Shown: positions 28,816-37,928, counted from the stretch's first letter. The stretch is 64,000 nt of DNA from a virus (IMGVR_UViG_3300021431_004524:160001-224000), one strand, 5' to 3'. Numbers and translations: made by a program. The notes: generated by a model from the letters alone, not told the origin.

Positions 28816-30246
28816 TTTAGTGCCGGCAGTGTGTCACCGGATGGTATAACTTATGAATACGTTGACATGGGATTGTCCGTTAAATGGGCAACATTTGATG
28901 TCGGGGCAACAAAAGTCGGTGAATACGGAAAATACTTCCAATGGGGCGATATTCAAGGTTATGCTTCCTCAGAAGTAGGCTCAGGAGACGGTAAAAAGTA
29001 CTTTGAATGGAATGATTACAAATATTGTAATGGTAGTTATGACACCTTAACTAAGTACAATAATAATTCATCATATGGTACTGTGGATAATAAAACCGTA
29101 CTTGAATCAAGTGACGATGCGGCAACATTCAACATGGGTAAGGGATGGAGGATGCCTACAGAAGCAGAATACACTGAACTTATCAATGCATGTAATCAAA
29201 CTTGGGACAGTACAAATAAATGGCGTATATTCACGCTGAAAACTGATAGTACCAAGAAAGTTGTTTTTCCTGCTTCCGGCCTCGGCATCAGTGGTGGCCT
29301 CGGCGGCCGAGGTTATAGCGGCTATTTTTGGTCTTCGTCCCTTAGCACGTCGGACCCGGTCAACGGGCACTACCTCAGCGTGGACAGGAGCAATGGTGTC
29401 GTGTACAACAGCTACCGTTTCTACGGCTTCTGCGTCCGGGGCGTATATAGAGAACCAGGTAATCCAATGCCGCCAATGAGTGTGTTATTTGTAAACAAAA
29501 ACGATACGACACAGAAACAAATATTTGAAAAAAATAATTGGCCGTCAGCTTCCGATTGGACACCAATCGGTATCGTAGTTGTTCCTGCTTCACATAACCG
29601 CTATGGAGATAAAACGAATGGTATTATGTCACTTGGTTGTCTAAATACTGATGGTACGATGCAGACAACAGGAACGACAAATAATGTGACAATGCAGTGG
29701 GGTGGAATTGGAACAGACACTTCTCTGAGTAATTATACTACTTGTGATGGAAGTAATGAAAGAGGTTATCTTCAGTTCCAAGCCAATAGCAGTTCTACTG
29801 CCTTGTCATACGCTGACACACCTAATATAACATATCCATACACCGACCTAACTGCTACTGAGCACAACGTTATAAGCGTTGGCTCTTTAAGTGATTATGA
29901 CGGTGTTGGAAACACCAATATACTGAATGCTTCAGCATCAACGTACATTGCAGCAGCGGCTTGCAAGAAATTCAAGACAAGTGGCACAAGTGCTGGCGAT
30001 TGGTATCTTCCAGCTGCTGGTGAGTTGGCATATCTTCCAAGCATAAGGTATCAAGTGAATGACACGATAAGTGCATTGAATACTAAGTATGGTAATGTTG
30101 GTGTTCAGTTGGATACATATCAATACTATTGGTCGAGTTCAGAGTACAGTAGCGGCTACGCTTGGCTCGTGGCTATGGACAATGGTAACGTGGACGGCTA
30201 CGCTAAGAACAGCTACTTCTATGTTAGGGCGTTCTTGAGGTTTTAG
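28795..30246 (+). CDS. Tandem CLec-fold protein (Fib_succ_major/DUF1566-like), probable DGR target
   Basis: YVDMGLSVKWA..G.YFQWG, WRMPT..E, YFWSSS...GFCVRGV; second domain GDWYLPAAGEL, YWSSSE...YVRAF. Confidence 0.8.
   Translation: MRRRNLLFSAGSVSPDGITYEYVDMGLSVKWATFDVGATKVGEYGKYFQWGDIQGYASSEVGSGDGKKYFEWNDYKYCNGSYDTLTKYNNNSSYGTVDNKTVLESSDDAATFNMGKGWRMPTEAEYTELINACNQTWDSTNKWRIFTLKTDSTKKVVFPASGLGISGGLGGRGYSGYFWSSSLSTSDPVNGHYLSVDRSNGVVYNSYRFYGFCVRGVYREPGNPMPPMSVLFVNKNDTTQKQIFEKNNWPSASDWTPIGIVVVPASHNRYGDKTNGIMSLGCLNTDGTMQTTGTTNNVTMQWGGIGTDTSLSNYTTCDGSNERGYLQFQANSSSTALSYADTPNITYPYTDLTATEHNVISVGSLSDYDGVGNTNILNASASTYIAAAACKKFKTSGTSAGDWYLPAAGELAYLPSIRYQVNDTISALNTKYGNVGVQLDTYQYYWSSSEYSSGYAWLVAMDNGNVDGYAKNSYFYVRAFLRF
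29272..29445 (+). other. DGR variable-region-like segment VR1 (internal)
   Basis: Abrupt GC-rich patch rich in NNC codons (GGC, AGC, TAC, AAC, GAC, CAC, GTC) between fixed G, WSSS and R..G..VR codons. Confidence 0.65.
30124..30246 (+). other. DGR variable-region-like segment VR2 (C-terminal)
   Basis: TAT TGG TCG AGT TCA GAG ... GCT TGG ... AAT GGT AAC GTG ... AAG ... TAT GTT AGG GCG scaffold with NNC/NNT codons. Confidence 0.65.
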
Positions 30247-30343
30247 CCTCCTCGCTTTTGGAATATTAGTATTGAATTCTTCAATTTTATAAACAAAATT
30301 ATACATTAAGTGTATTATAAGACAAGAAATATTATTTATAATA

Positions 30344-30392
30344 AATCCCCATTAGACGAAATTGTTTGTTTTAATGGGGATTATATTTTTTT
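30344..30392 (+). terminator. Intrinsic terminator
   Basis: AATCCCCATTA...TAATGGGGATT plus T-run. Confidence 0.7.
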
Positions 30393-30403
30393 AACTAAAA
30401 AAG

Positions 30404-30435
30404 TTTGCTATTTTGGTTTTTTTGCTGTAATTTTG
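30404..30435 (+). promoter_or_regulatory. sigmaA-type promoter
   Basis: TTTG 30404-30407, 20 nt, TAATTTTG 30428-30435. Confidence 0.7.
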
Positions 30436-30462
30436 CAGAAAAATAGAAAAAGTTAAGAAATT

Positions 30463-30705
30463 ATGAAAAAGATTATCCTATTAGCAGCCGCATTGATGAT
30501 GGCGGGGTGCGAAGAAAAACAACCAGATGGAACATACAAACCATATTTCTATAGAACTTATACAGTAGATTCTTGTGAATATATTGGGTATGACTTTCTT
30601 GCTCACAAAGGAAATTGTCGCTTCTGTGAAGAACGTGATTCGATTAAATGGGCAAAGCGTAAACAGGAATTGAAAGAATTGATTGAACAATTAAAGGAGA
30701 AATAA
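30463..30705 (+). CDS. Small lipoprotein
   Basis: MKK-hydrophobic-MAGC lipobox; HKGNC..C motif. Confidence 0.7.
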   Translation: MKKIILLAAALMMAGCEEKQPDGTYKPYFYRTYTVDSCEYIGYDFLAHKGNCRFCEERDSIKWAKRKQELKELIEQLKEK

Positions 30706-30707
30706 CT

Positions 30708-31100
30708 ATGGAACAAAAAGATAAACAACTATTACTCAAAGACCTTTGTGCAAGGTTGCCTTATGGAGTAAAGGTATTTATACAAGATACTACTGGAAAA
30801 CATTCAACAATAACAGAAAGGATTTTTGATACCTATGTTCTTCAATTTTTAAGTAATAACAATATCCTTATAAAACCATATCTCCGTCCAATGTCAAGTA
30901 TGACTGAGGAAGAGTACAGTGAATTAAAAAAGATTAGTAGCTATTATGGATTTGCACCCTTTGAGTACATACATGATTGGGCTCCAAATTATGAGATGAC
31001 AGATTGGCTCAATGCTCATCACTTTGACTATAGAGGACTCATAGGGAAAGGTCTTGCACTTGAAGCACCAGAGGGGATGTATAACTTAGAAAAGAAATAA
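30708..31100 (+). CDS. Bacteroidota-phage hypothetical protein
   Basis: LLLKDLCARLPYGVK...KPYLRPMSSMTEEE...HFDYRGLI motif family. Confidence 0.75.
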   Translation: MEQKDKQLLLKDLCARLPYGVKVFIQDTTGKHSTITERIFDTYVLQFLSNNNILIKPYLRPMSSMTEEEYSELKKISSYYGFAPFEYIHDWAPNYEMTDWLNAHHFDYRGLIGKGLALEAPEGMYNLEKK

Positions 31101-31102
31101 CT

Positions 31103-31489
31103 ATGGCAGCAATTAAAGAAGATTATGTTTCTTTTGAGATAGCAAAATTACTGAAAGAAAAAGGATTCAAAGGTGAAGGAGAACATTTTTATGAAAATAA
31201 TGAAATTGTAAGTTTTATTAATTATTGGGATAGAATTACTCCTAAACAAAGATATGAAGCTATAGAAGCTCCAACTCTTCAAATGGCAATGAAGTGGTTG
31301 AGAGAAAAACATCTACTACATATTCCTATAGATATGGTTAATGGGGGCAGATGGAAATATGAAATAGATGATATAAGTGTTCCTGTTGATGGTGGGGTTC
31401 TTCCTAAATATTATTGTGATAAAACTTTCAGTAGCTATGAAGAAGCTGTTGATGACGCAATAAAGTATTGTCTTGAAAATTTAATTTAA
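31103..31489 (+). CDS. Bacteroidota-phage hypothetical protein
   Basis: EDYVSFEIAKLLKEKGF...PTLQMAMKWLRE motif family. Confidence 0.75.
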   Translation: MAAIKEDYVSFEIAKLLKEKGFKGEGEHFYENNEIVSFINYWDRITPKQRYEAIEAPTLQMAMKWLREKHLLHIPIDMVNGGRWKYEIDDISVPVDGGVLPKYYCDKTFSSYEEAVDDAIKYCLENLI

Positions 31490-31495
31490 ATAACT

Positions 31496-31885
31496 ATGGC
31501 AATAATTAAAAGTTATACAGACCTTCCTCAGTCAAAGGTTCTTGCTAAGATACTTCCGCTTGAAAGTGCGGATATGCATTATGCTACTTGGACTATTTTA
31601 GATGGTGAATTTATAGTATCTCCAAATCAAGGAAGTACAATAAAAAGTATGCAAGAAGATTACGGTAATCAAATTATTCCTTGCTGGTCACTTACGGCAT
31701 TGCTTAGTGTTTTGCCTAAAATTGATGCAGAAGAGCCGATGGTAAGAAAACTATATTATGCAAATGAACCAAAAGAAAGATATATCTGTCAATACAGTTT
31801 AACTAATATGACAAGTGAATATGGCAATCCTGTGGATGCTTGCGTGGCTATGATTATTAAACTTCATGAACGTGAAATCTTATAA
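31496..31885 (+). CDS. Hypothetical protein (paralog of 32556..32951)
   Basis: KSYTDL.QS..L.KILPLESADM; WSL.ALL..LP; PVDAC. Confidence 0.75.
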   Translation: MAIIKSYTDLPQSKVLAKILPLESADMHYATWTILDGEFIVSPNQGSTIKSMQEDYGNQIIPCWSLTALLSVLPKIDAEEPMVRKLYYANEPKERYICQYSLTNMTSEYGNPVDACVAMIIKLHEREIL

Positions 31886-31966
31886 TTATGAATGGATTAA
31901 TAATATTTGGAGAAATGAGAAAAACAAGACCAGGAAAATGACCTAACCTTGTTTGTTTTGTTAATA

Positions 31967-32200
31967 TCACAATAACGTTAAAATTCCAAATCTTGACGCA
32001 TAGCCGATAACTACTCCAAGGACAGTCAATGACCAATCAATCCAATCCCATTGTCCACCCCATAGTTTGTCTTTAAATTCAAGTGCTGATGCTACGCCAA
32101 TTCCGGCATATGCCGCACAGTAAACGGTATTAGCACCGGCACCTATGAGAATTCCTCCAACGAGGTGTTTCCATCTGTTTGATTCAAATAACCACGACAT
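31967..32200 (-). CDS. Small membrane protein
   Basis: Likely start MSWLFESNRWKH at 32200; hydrophobic helices; E.KD...GG.WDW.DW. Confidence 0.7.
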   Translation of the reverse strand: MSWLFESNRWKHLVGGILIGAGANTVYCAAYAGIGVASALEFKDKLWGGQWDWIDWSLTVLGVVIGYASRFGILTLL

Positions 32201-32298
32201 TATTATTTTAATATATTGTTTACTATAAATATCAGATAAATTAAAAAAAGAGCAATCAGCAATGGCTGCATTACCGATTGTTAATTTTCTATAAAAAA

Positions 32299-32330
32299 TT
32301 TGGTTATTTAAATTATTTTCCGTATATTTG
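32299..32330 (+). promoter_or_regulatory. sigmaA-type promoter
   Basis: TTTG 32299-32302, 20 nt, TATATTTG 32323-32330. Confidence 0.75.
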
Positions 32331-32349
32331 CAAAAAAATAACAATAATT

Positions 32350-32553
32350 ATGGCAACGGAGACATTAGGAGCATATCTTAGAAATCTATTGACTCCATAT
32401 AAGTCTTTACTTAATTTAGTAGAGGAGGTCAATAAAGGTAATATTAGTCCCTATTTTTTAAAGAAATATAAGTTTGATAACATTAAAGAACTCATAGAGT
32501 TTTCCTACTCAGACAAAATGGAGAATACTTTATGGAGAACAGAGAATGAATAA
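32350..32553 (+). CDS. Hypothetical protein
   Basis: Start MATETLG at 32350, downstream of the promoter. Confidence 0.6.
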   Translation: MATETLGAYLRNLLTPYKSLLNLVEEVNKGNISPYFLKKYKFDNIKELIEFSYSDKMENTLWRTENE

Positions 32554-32555
32554 CT

Positions 32556-32951
32556 ATGGCAACAATTAAAAGTTATACTGACTTAGAACAAAGTCAAGTT
32601 CTTTCTAAGATACTTCCGCTTGAAAGTGCGGATATGTATTATTGGTGTGCCAACCATTATCCCAAAGAAGATTGGATTATAGAAGTGGGTACACCTGATG
32701 ATAATTATGAATGCATTTGTGCTTGGAGCCTTGCAGCGTTGCTTGGTATTTTGCCATTTCATCTTATTATCAATAACCAAAGATATGCATTTAGTATGCA
32801 TAAAGGCTTAAATAGAGATGGAGAAACATATATGATTAGATATAATATCTTTAACACTGATATATGTTTATACAAAACAGAGCATTATAACAGTCCAGTT
32901 GATGCTTGCGTGGATATAATTGAAAAATTAAATGAACTTAAAATGTTATGA
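32556..32951 (+). CDS. Hypothetical protein (paralog of 31496..31885)
   Basis: Shared N-terminus and motifs. Confidence 0.75.
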   Translation: MATIKSYTDLEQSQVLSKILPLESADMYYWCANHYPKEDWIIEVGTPDDNYECICAWSLAALLGILPFHLIINNQRYAFSMHKGLNRDGETYMIRYNIFNTDICLYKTEHYNSPVDACVDIIEKLNELKML

Positions 32952-33271
32952 CAAGAAAAGAATTAGTAAATATACATGGCATTAAAAACCTTCTCAATTT
33001 TGGTAAGTATAAAGGTAAAACTATACTCCAAGTAATAGAGAAAAATCCTGCATATATTGTATGGTGTATTAGAAATGTAAAAAACTTTACTATTGATGAT
33101 AATCTTAGTAAAGGACTATGTAAACAATATGATGAACATTTTAAGAAATATAATCGAATACAAGCAAATGGATATACAAATAACGATGTTCAAAGACATA
33201 TGCATAAATATAATATGCATGCAACAGAAGCAATGGATTTTTTAGAATATGACGTACCTGAATATTATTAA
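32948..33271 (+). CDS. FGKYKG-motif protein (ExoX C-terminal/DUF3820-like)
   Basis: FGKYKGKT...NPAYIVW. Confidence 0.65.
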   Translation: MTRKELVNIHGIKNLLNFGKYKGKTILQVIEKNPAYIVWCIRNVKNFTIDDNLSKGLCKQYDEHFKKYNRIQANGYTNNDVQRHMHKYNMHATEAMDFLEYDVPEYY

Positions 33272-33298
33272 ACTTAAAGTACAGAAAGGAGAAGAAGT

Positions 33299-33439
33299 AT
33301 GAGGTATAAAATGTACACAAGAGAGGAATATTTGCAATGGTGTAAGGAACACAACGTCAAGAATCCACTTCCAGAATATAAGCGTAACAAAATGACTGAA
33401 TGTGGTTATCCTACACATCCTTATGACCCGTTTTTTTAA
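33299..33439 (+). CDS. Small hypothetical protein (46 aa, not in ORF track)
   Basis: MRYKMYTREEYLQWCKEH...YDPFF*, fills the gap in the operon. Confidence 0.5.
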   Translation: MRYKMYTREEYLQWCKEHNVKNPLPEYKRNKMTECGYPTHPYDPFF

Positions 33440-33451
33440 AAGAATAAAGAT

Positions 33452-33643
33452 ATGGCACAGTTTATTAGTTTACGCACTCAAAGCAGAGGTTGTGAGATAA
33501 TAGTCAATGTTGACGAAATCAGCTCTTGTCATATAGAAAGCGGTTTTAGTTACACGGACTATATACTTATCCTTAAAAATGGCACGAAATACAATTTAAA
33601 CGCAGAATCGTACAATAAAGTTACAGATTTAATAAGCAAATAA
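33452..33643 (+). CDS. Hypothetical protein
   Basis: 63-aa ORF in operon. Confidence 0.6.
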   Translation: MAQFISLRTQSRGCEIIVNVDEISSCHIESGFSYTDYILILKNGTKYNLNAESYNKVTDLISK

Positions 33644-33644
33644 T

Positions 33645-34367
33645 ATGACAGACAAAGTACAGAAAATACGGGAAGAGGTTGTAAGGATGCACAACCTACT
33701 TCCAGTTATGGATGGTGATAATATTTCCGTAAACTATGCAGATAGAATTTGCACCACATTGGAAATGTATATTGACTCATTGCAAGAAGAGCCTGTAAGT
33801 AGTATTTGGCATGATGCAAGTGAAAAATCAAATAAGGCAGAAGATGTTGTAGTAATAAACCCTTCCGATAATACAGGTGAAATACTTACAGGATGTATAA
33901 AGGTTTATCAAGGTCGTATTTGGGCATATACATCTGTTCTGCTAAATCTTGATAATCCTTGCAAAATTGAAAAGAATTTGCAAGAAGAGCTTATAAGCGA
34001 GGACTTAGGGGATTATATCAACGAATTATCCAAGCAGTTCCCAAAGGTGTCGTTTGCAAAGTTAAGTAGGATTGCTGTGAGGGCTGCTAAGTGGCAGAAA
34101 GAACATCTATGGAAGCCTGCCGATGGTGATGACTTGCCAGAGTATGAACGTGAGGTCGTGGTATTCACACAGGACTTTCCCAATGATGCGGGAATTATGC
34201 GAATAGCAATTGCACATAGACCAGACCATAAAGGATGGGATGGAAAGAGTATTACAACAGGTAAAATTGAGCACTACATGCCAATGACTTACGGCAAAGG
34301 TGGGTGGAATATCCCCGATGTAGTCTTATGGCTTGATATTAAACTACCAAAAGAAACGGAACTATGA
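33645..34367 (+). CDS. Mosaic Bacteroidota-phage hypothetical protein
   Basis: IDSLQEEPVS, WKPADGDDLP..REVV and GGWNIPDV segments. Confidence 0.7.
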   Translation: MTDKVQKIREEVVRMHNLLPVMDGDNISVNYADRICTTLEMYIDSLQEEPVSSIWHDASEKSNKAEDVVVINPSDNTGEILTGCIKVYQGRIWAYTSVLLNLDNPCKIEKNLQEELISEDLGDYINELSKQFPKVSFAKLSRIAVRAAKWQKEHLWKPADGDDLPEYEREVVVFTQDFPNDAGIMRIAIAHRPDHKGWDGKSITTGKIEHYMPMTYGKGGWNIPDVVLWLDIKLPKETEL

Positions 34368-34609
34368 GCAAAGCAGAAGAATTAGCAAGGAAGTACTGTG
34401 AAGGCTCTTCGTTTGGAGATGCCTGTATAGAGAAACCAGCATATATAGCAGGATATCACCAAGCAGAGAAAGACCTTGCACTAAGGTCGGTGGATATTAA
34501 AAAAATATGTCTGATTGCAAGAGAAGTTCATAAATACTATGGATTTTGGAGCGATATTGTTTATCAAGAAGTATTAAACCGATTTAAAGACTTGAAACAT
34601 GTCAAATAG
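34364..34609 (+). CDS. Hypothetical protein
   Basis: 81-aa ORF; GYHQAEKDL motif. Confidence 0.65.
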   Translation: MSKAEELARKYCEGSSFGDACIEKPAYIAGYHQAEKDLALRSVDIKKICLIAREVHKYYGFWSDIVYQEVLNRFKDLKHVK

Positions 34610-34847
34610 AAAATACAGAATAGCATATACCCCATCTTGTTGGAATTGCCGAAAATTAAGAAAATCAAAACGTGTTATCCACGAAGACACACTTGATAAG
34701 CCACACGGAGGATGTTTTTCTATGTCTGCACCATCAATTATGGATGCAATAGCAGGCTATATGTGTGATAATTATTGGTTTGGTGACAAGCCAGACGAAG
34801 TTATGCTGTGTGGAGGGAGAGAGTATGAATCAATTTACAGAAGATAA
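34599..34847 (+). CDS. Hypothetical Cys-containing protein
   Basis: 82-aa ORF with CxxC. Confidence 0.55.
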   Translation: MSNRKYRIAYTPSCWNCRKLRKSKRVIHEDTLDKPHGGCFSMSAPSIMDAIAGYMCDNYWFGDKPDEVMLCGGREYESIYRR

Positions 34848-34862
34848 AGAAAGGAAAGAGGT

Positions 34863-35045
34863 ATGACACAGCAAGAAATTCAAGATAGAATTGAGGTATG
34901 CCCGTGGAGAGAACACCCAATAGGAAATCCTTATGTATGCACAAGATATCGGGGTACTACTGTTCTTTGTGATGGTGCTTGTTCTTGGGTTGTTGATTAT
35001 CCTAAATTAAAAGAACTTAAAGCACAGAAAGGAGAAGAGGTATGA
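34863..35045 (+). CDS. Hypothetical Cys-rich small protein
   Basis: 60-aa ORF with 4 Cys. Confidence 0.55.
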   Translation: MTQQEIQDRIEVCPWREHPIGNPYVCTRYRGTTVLCDGACSWVVDYPKLKELKAQKGEEV

Positions 35046-35101
35046 TACTAATAGGCAAAGACGCTGTAGTAACGTAATTTTAGTCTTTTTAACATAAAAT
35101 A

Positions 35102-35133
35102 TTTGTTTTATTCAAATAAATGTAGTATCTTTG
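35102..35133 (+). promoter_or_regulatory. sigmaA-type promoter
   Basis: TTTG 35102-35105, 20 nt, TATCTTTG 35126-35133. Confidence 0.8.
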
Positions 35134-35162
35134 CACTGTAAAACTTTAAAAACATATAAACG

Positions 35163-35630
35163 ATGAGAAAAGTAATTGGAACAACTGAGGACAGGTTGAA
35201 CAGGTTTATGTCCATGTGTCTTGAATGGCAGAGAGATTTGCGTAGTGGTATCTATCATCCTGCTGCTTATTACTTTACCAATTTCCATTTGGGTAAGGTT
35301 AAGAAGGAAATACTCGGTGATTTGAAGAACGTTGTGGTTGACCGTGATTGGGCGATTGACAAGATGAATGAGATTAGTTTTGGCCGTGCTGAGAGTGAGA
35401 TTAAGAGTGGTTTCAAGGCTCAGAACCGTACCATATATAATAAGGAGAACCGCAAGGCAACTTCACTTCGTCAACTTGATTTGTTTGCATCCACTGAGAA
35501 TGTGAATAAGAAGAAGACTGCTAAGAAGACCGTTACAACTAAGGTTGATAGCGTAGATACTAAGACCGTGAAACTTATGAATGAGTTGCTTTCACTCGGT
35601 TATAAGGTAACACTTGAGAAGAAGATTTAA
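35163..35630 (+). CDS. Basic hypothetical protein
   Basis: 155-aa ORF with a K/T-rich C-terminal half. Confidence 0.65.
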   Translation: MRKVIGTTEDRLNRFMSMCLEWQRDLRSGIYHPAAYYFTNFHLGKVKKEILGDLKNVVVDRDWAIDKMNEISFGRAESEIKSGFKAQNRTIYNKENRKATSLRQLDLFASTENVNKKKTAKKTVTTKVDSVDTKTVKLMNELLSLGYKVTLEKKI

Positions 35631-35667
35631 TAATAATAATTAACAATTTTAAAAATAGATTAGAGTT

Positions 35668-36450
35668 ATGACAAATGCACTTTTGATTATTGACATGCAA
35701 AATGATTTTGTATTGTTAAATGGAGCACTTAGTGTACCCGGCGCAGAGGATGATGCACAGCGTGTACATGATTTCATTGTGAATAACAAACGAAAAATTC
35801 AACAGATTACGTTGACTGCTGATTCACATTACCCATACCATATTGCCCATTCAATCTTCTGGAAGGACAAGGATGGAAATCATCCTGCACCTTTTACTAC
35901 TATTACTTTGCAAGATGTAAAGGATGGCAAGTATCAGACAGCAGTTAATCCTCAGTGGGCTGTTCGTTATCTTACAGAACTTGAGGCTAACGGAAAAACA
36001 CTTACGATATGGCCCATGCATTGCCTCGTTTCTGGGGAGGGATGGTGTATCTATAAGGACGTGTTTGATGCAATCGTGGATTGGTCTATTGAGACATGTA
36101 TTCCTTATCGTATGGAATTTAAGGGGTCTAACATTTTAACTGAAAGTTATTCAGTGCTGAAGAGTGAAGTTCCTGTTCCAAATTGTCCTGAAACACAGTT
36201 GAATCAGAATCTGCTTGATACGCTTAACAAATATGACCGTGTATTCTTGTGTGGAGAGGCACAAAGCCACTGTGTAAAATTCACTCTCGATGACCTTAAC
36301 ACTTATGCACCGGACCTTGTAAAGAAGATGGTTATTCTTACCGACTGTATGTCACCAATTGGTAACTTTGATATTAATACTGACCCGGTGTATCAGAAGG
36401 CTGTTTCGCTCGGTGCTAAGTTGATGAAATCTACGGAAGTTACTTTTTAA
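35668..36450 (+). CDS. Nicotinamidase/isochorismatase-family cysteine hydrolase (PncA-like)
   Basis: IIDMQNDF, D.H, WP.HC, FKG, GEAQSHCV (D/K/C triad). Confidence 0.85.
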   Translation: MTNALLIIDMQNDFVLLNGALSVPGAEDDAQRVHDFIVNNKRKIQQITLTADSHYPYHIAHSIFWKDKDGNHPAPFTTITLQDVKDGKYQTAVNPQWAVRYLTELEANGKTLTIWPMHCLVSGEGWCIYKDVFDAIVDWSIETCIPYRMEFKGSNILTESYSVLKSEVPVPNCPETQLNQNLLDTLNKYDRVFLCGEAQSHCVKFTLDDLNTYAPDLVKKMVILTDCMSPIGNFDINTDPVYQKAVSLGAKLMKSTEVTF

Positions 36451-36465
36451 ATGATAGTATAGAAT

Positions 36466-37152
36466 ATGGAAGAGTTTAATTTTCAGTCAAGCATGGGTTT
36501 GAATTTTGCTAATTTCGACCCATCAGCAATTCAGTCCTCAGAGACTATTAATGTGACGTTTATTATTGACCGTAGCGGTAGTATTTACGATTATGTAAAT
36601 GACCTCAATAACGTTCTTAACGATTTCTTGCATGAACTTCAGCGTTCACATGTTGCAGACCGTGTAATGATGCAGATTATTGAGTTTGACAGTAATGTAG
36701 AGGTGAAGTCTGCATTCCATCCTATCGCTGATGTAAAGGATTTCAATGTTCAGCCGGGTGGTTGTACGGCACTTTATGCCGCAATGCTTTCAGGTCTTGA
36801 AAATGCTGTAGCCTATAAGGAAGAGCAGGAAAATAACGGTCTTTCGTCCAAGTCACTTGTATTCCTTATCACTGATGGTTTGGAGAATTGTGGCGGTGAC
36901 GCAAATAAAGTAAAGGAGAAGATTAAGGAAATCTATAAGGATGAACAGAACTCATTCGCTTTCTCCATTATCATGTTTGGCCTTGGTGATGAAACCGGTT
37001 TTGAAAAGGCACGTGACGATATGGGCATCCGTCCCGAAATGATGGCAAAACTTGGCACAACGGCAAAGGAATTGCGTAAGATGGTTAATTTCATCTCAAG
37101 TTCCGTAAGTTCAAGTGCAAGTGGCGCAACAGTCAGTGCCGTTACGTTCTGA
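36466..37152 (+). CDS. TerY-like vWA domain protein
   Basis: MIDAS DRSGS, GG.TALY, LITDG; Ser-rich FISSSVSSSAS tail. Confidence 0.85.
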   Translation: MEEFNFQSSMGLNFANFDPSAIQSSETINVTFIIDRSGSIYDYVNDLNNVLNDFLHELQRSHVADRVMMQIIEFDSNVEVKSAFHPIADVKDFNVQPGGCTALYAAMLSGLENAVAYKEEQENNGLSSKSLVFLITDGLENCGGDANKVKEKIKEIYKDEQNSFAFSIIMFGLGDETGFEKARDDMGIRPEMMAKLGTTAKELRKMVNFISSSVSSSASGATVSAVTF

Positions 37153-37179
37153 TTATTGTTATTAACTCCTTTCCCCGTC

Positions 37180-37223
37180 GTTCATTGGTGTTATTCTTAA
37201 AAATGCACTGATGAACATTTTTT
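37180..37223 (+). terminator. Intrinsic terminator
   Basis: GTTCATTGGTG...CACTGATGAAC plus T-run. Confidence 0.7.
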
Positions 37224-37395
37224 ATTGATAAAAATGAACCGTTTTCCTATATATTATATATAATAAGGTATACAGATATGGATTTAAAGGACAAATTAAG
37301 GAAATTTGGTTATCATTATACAATGAATGGTTTAATATATAATCAATTTATTTTGAATATAACTCTTTTAATAATTGGTATGTTATAAAAAAAAA

Positions 37396-37536
37396 CGGAA
37401 CTACCTTTTTGACACAAAGTATCGTTGGAACACAAGAAAAATGAGCGAATCAGAGAGATTCGCCCATATGCTTGATAAGGTCATTGGACTTGTTCGTAAG
37501 TGGTCGGAGATTATAGTAGGCTTGGTTGCGGTTTAA
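37396..37536 (+). pseudogene. Remnant resembling the C-terminus of an IS1595-family transposase
   Basis: Frame reads RNYLFDTKYRWNTRKMSESERFAHMLDKVIGLVRKWSEIIVGLVAV*. Confidence 0.5.
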
Positions 37537-37928
37537 TCATAGTCTCCATATTCAAACAAATATGCAAGTTTTTCAAAGTTTTGTGAAGCATATCTGAATG
37601 CTTCATTATAGTTTTTGAATCTTTTAAAATCTATCCATCCTTTTTTACCGTCAAGTAAGCCACCCCCCTCACTTGGTTGCATTCCGTATTCTACATCTGG
37701 TAAGATATAAATTTCTTCAACTGGAGCAAGCAAGTTTTTCTCGACATAAAGCAAATAGCCTATTTCTTTACCTCTATATATAATAGTTTGTCTATGTCTA
37801 CCTTTACCCAAGTCTTGTGAATCATCATAACTAAATTCGTCTTCAGATTCTCTCAACACTCTACGTACTGATTCCATAACGATTCTATGTAAATCTGCTT
37901 CTGTCAATCTTATCAATTTCTTATTCAT
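37533..37928 (-). CDS. Jumbo-phage protein with KLIRLTE.DLHRIV.ESV N-terminal motif
   Basis: MNKKLIRLTEADLHRIVMESVRRVLRES. Confidence 0.75.
   Translation of the reverse strand: MNKKLIRLTEADLHRIVMESVRRVLRESEDEFSYDDSQDLGKGRHRQTIIYRGKEIGYLLYVEKNLLAPVEEIYILPDVEYGMQPSEGGGLLDGKKGWIDFKRFKNYNEAFRYASQNFEKLAYLFEYGDYD

Noticed and set aside
37153-37532. Replication origin or terminus at the strand switch
   Set aside because: Only gene convergence is visible; no iterons or dif-like site, and skew cannot be separated from coding bias here
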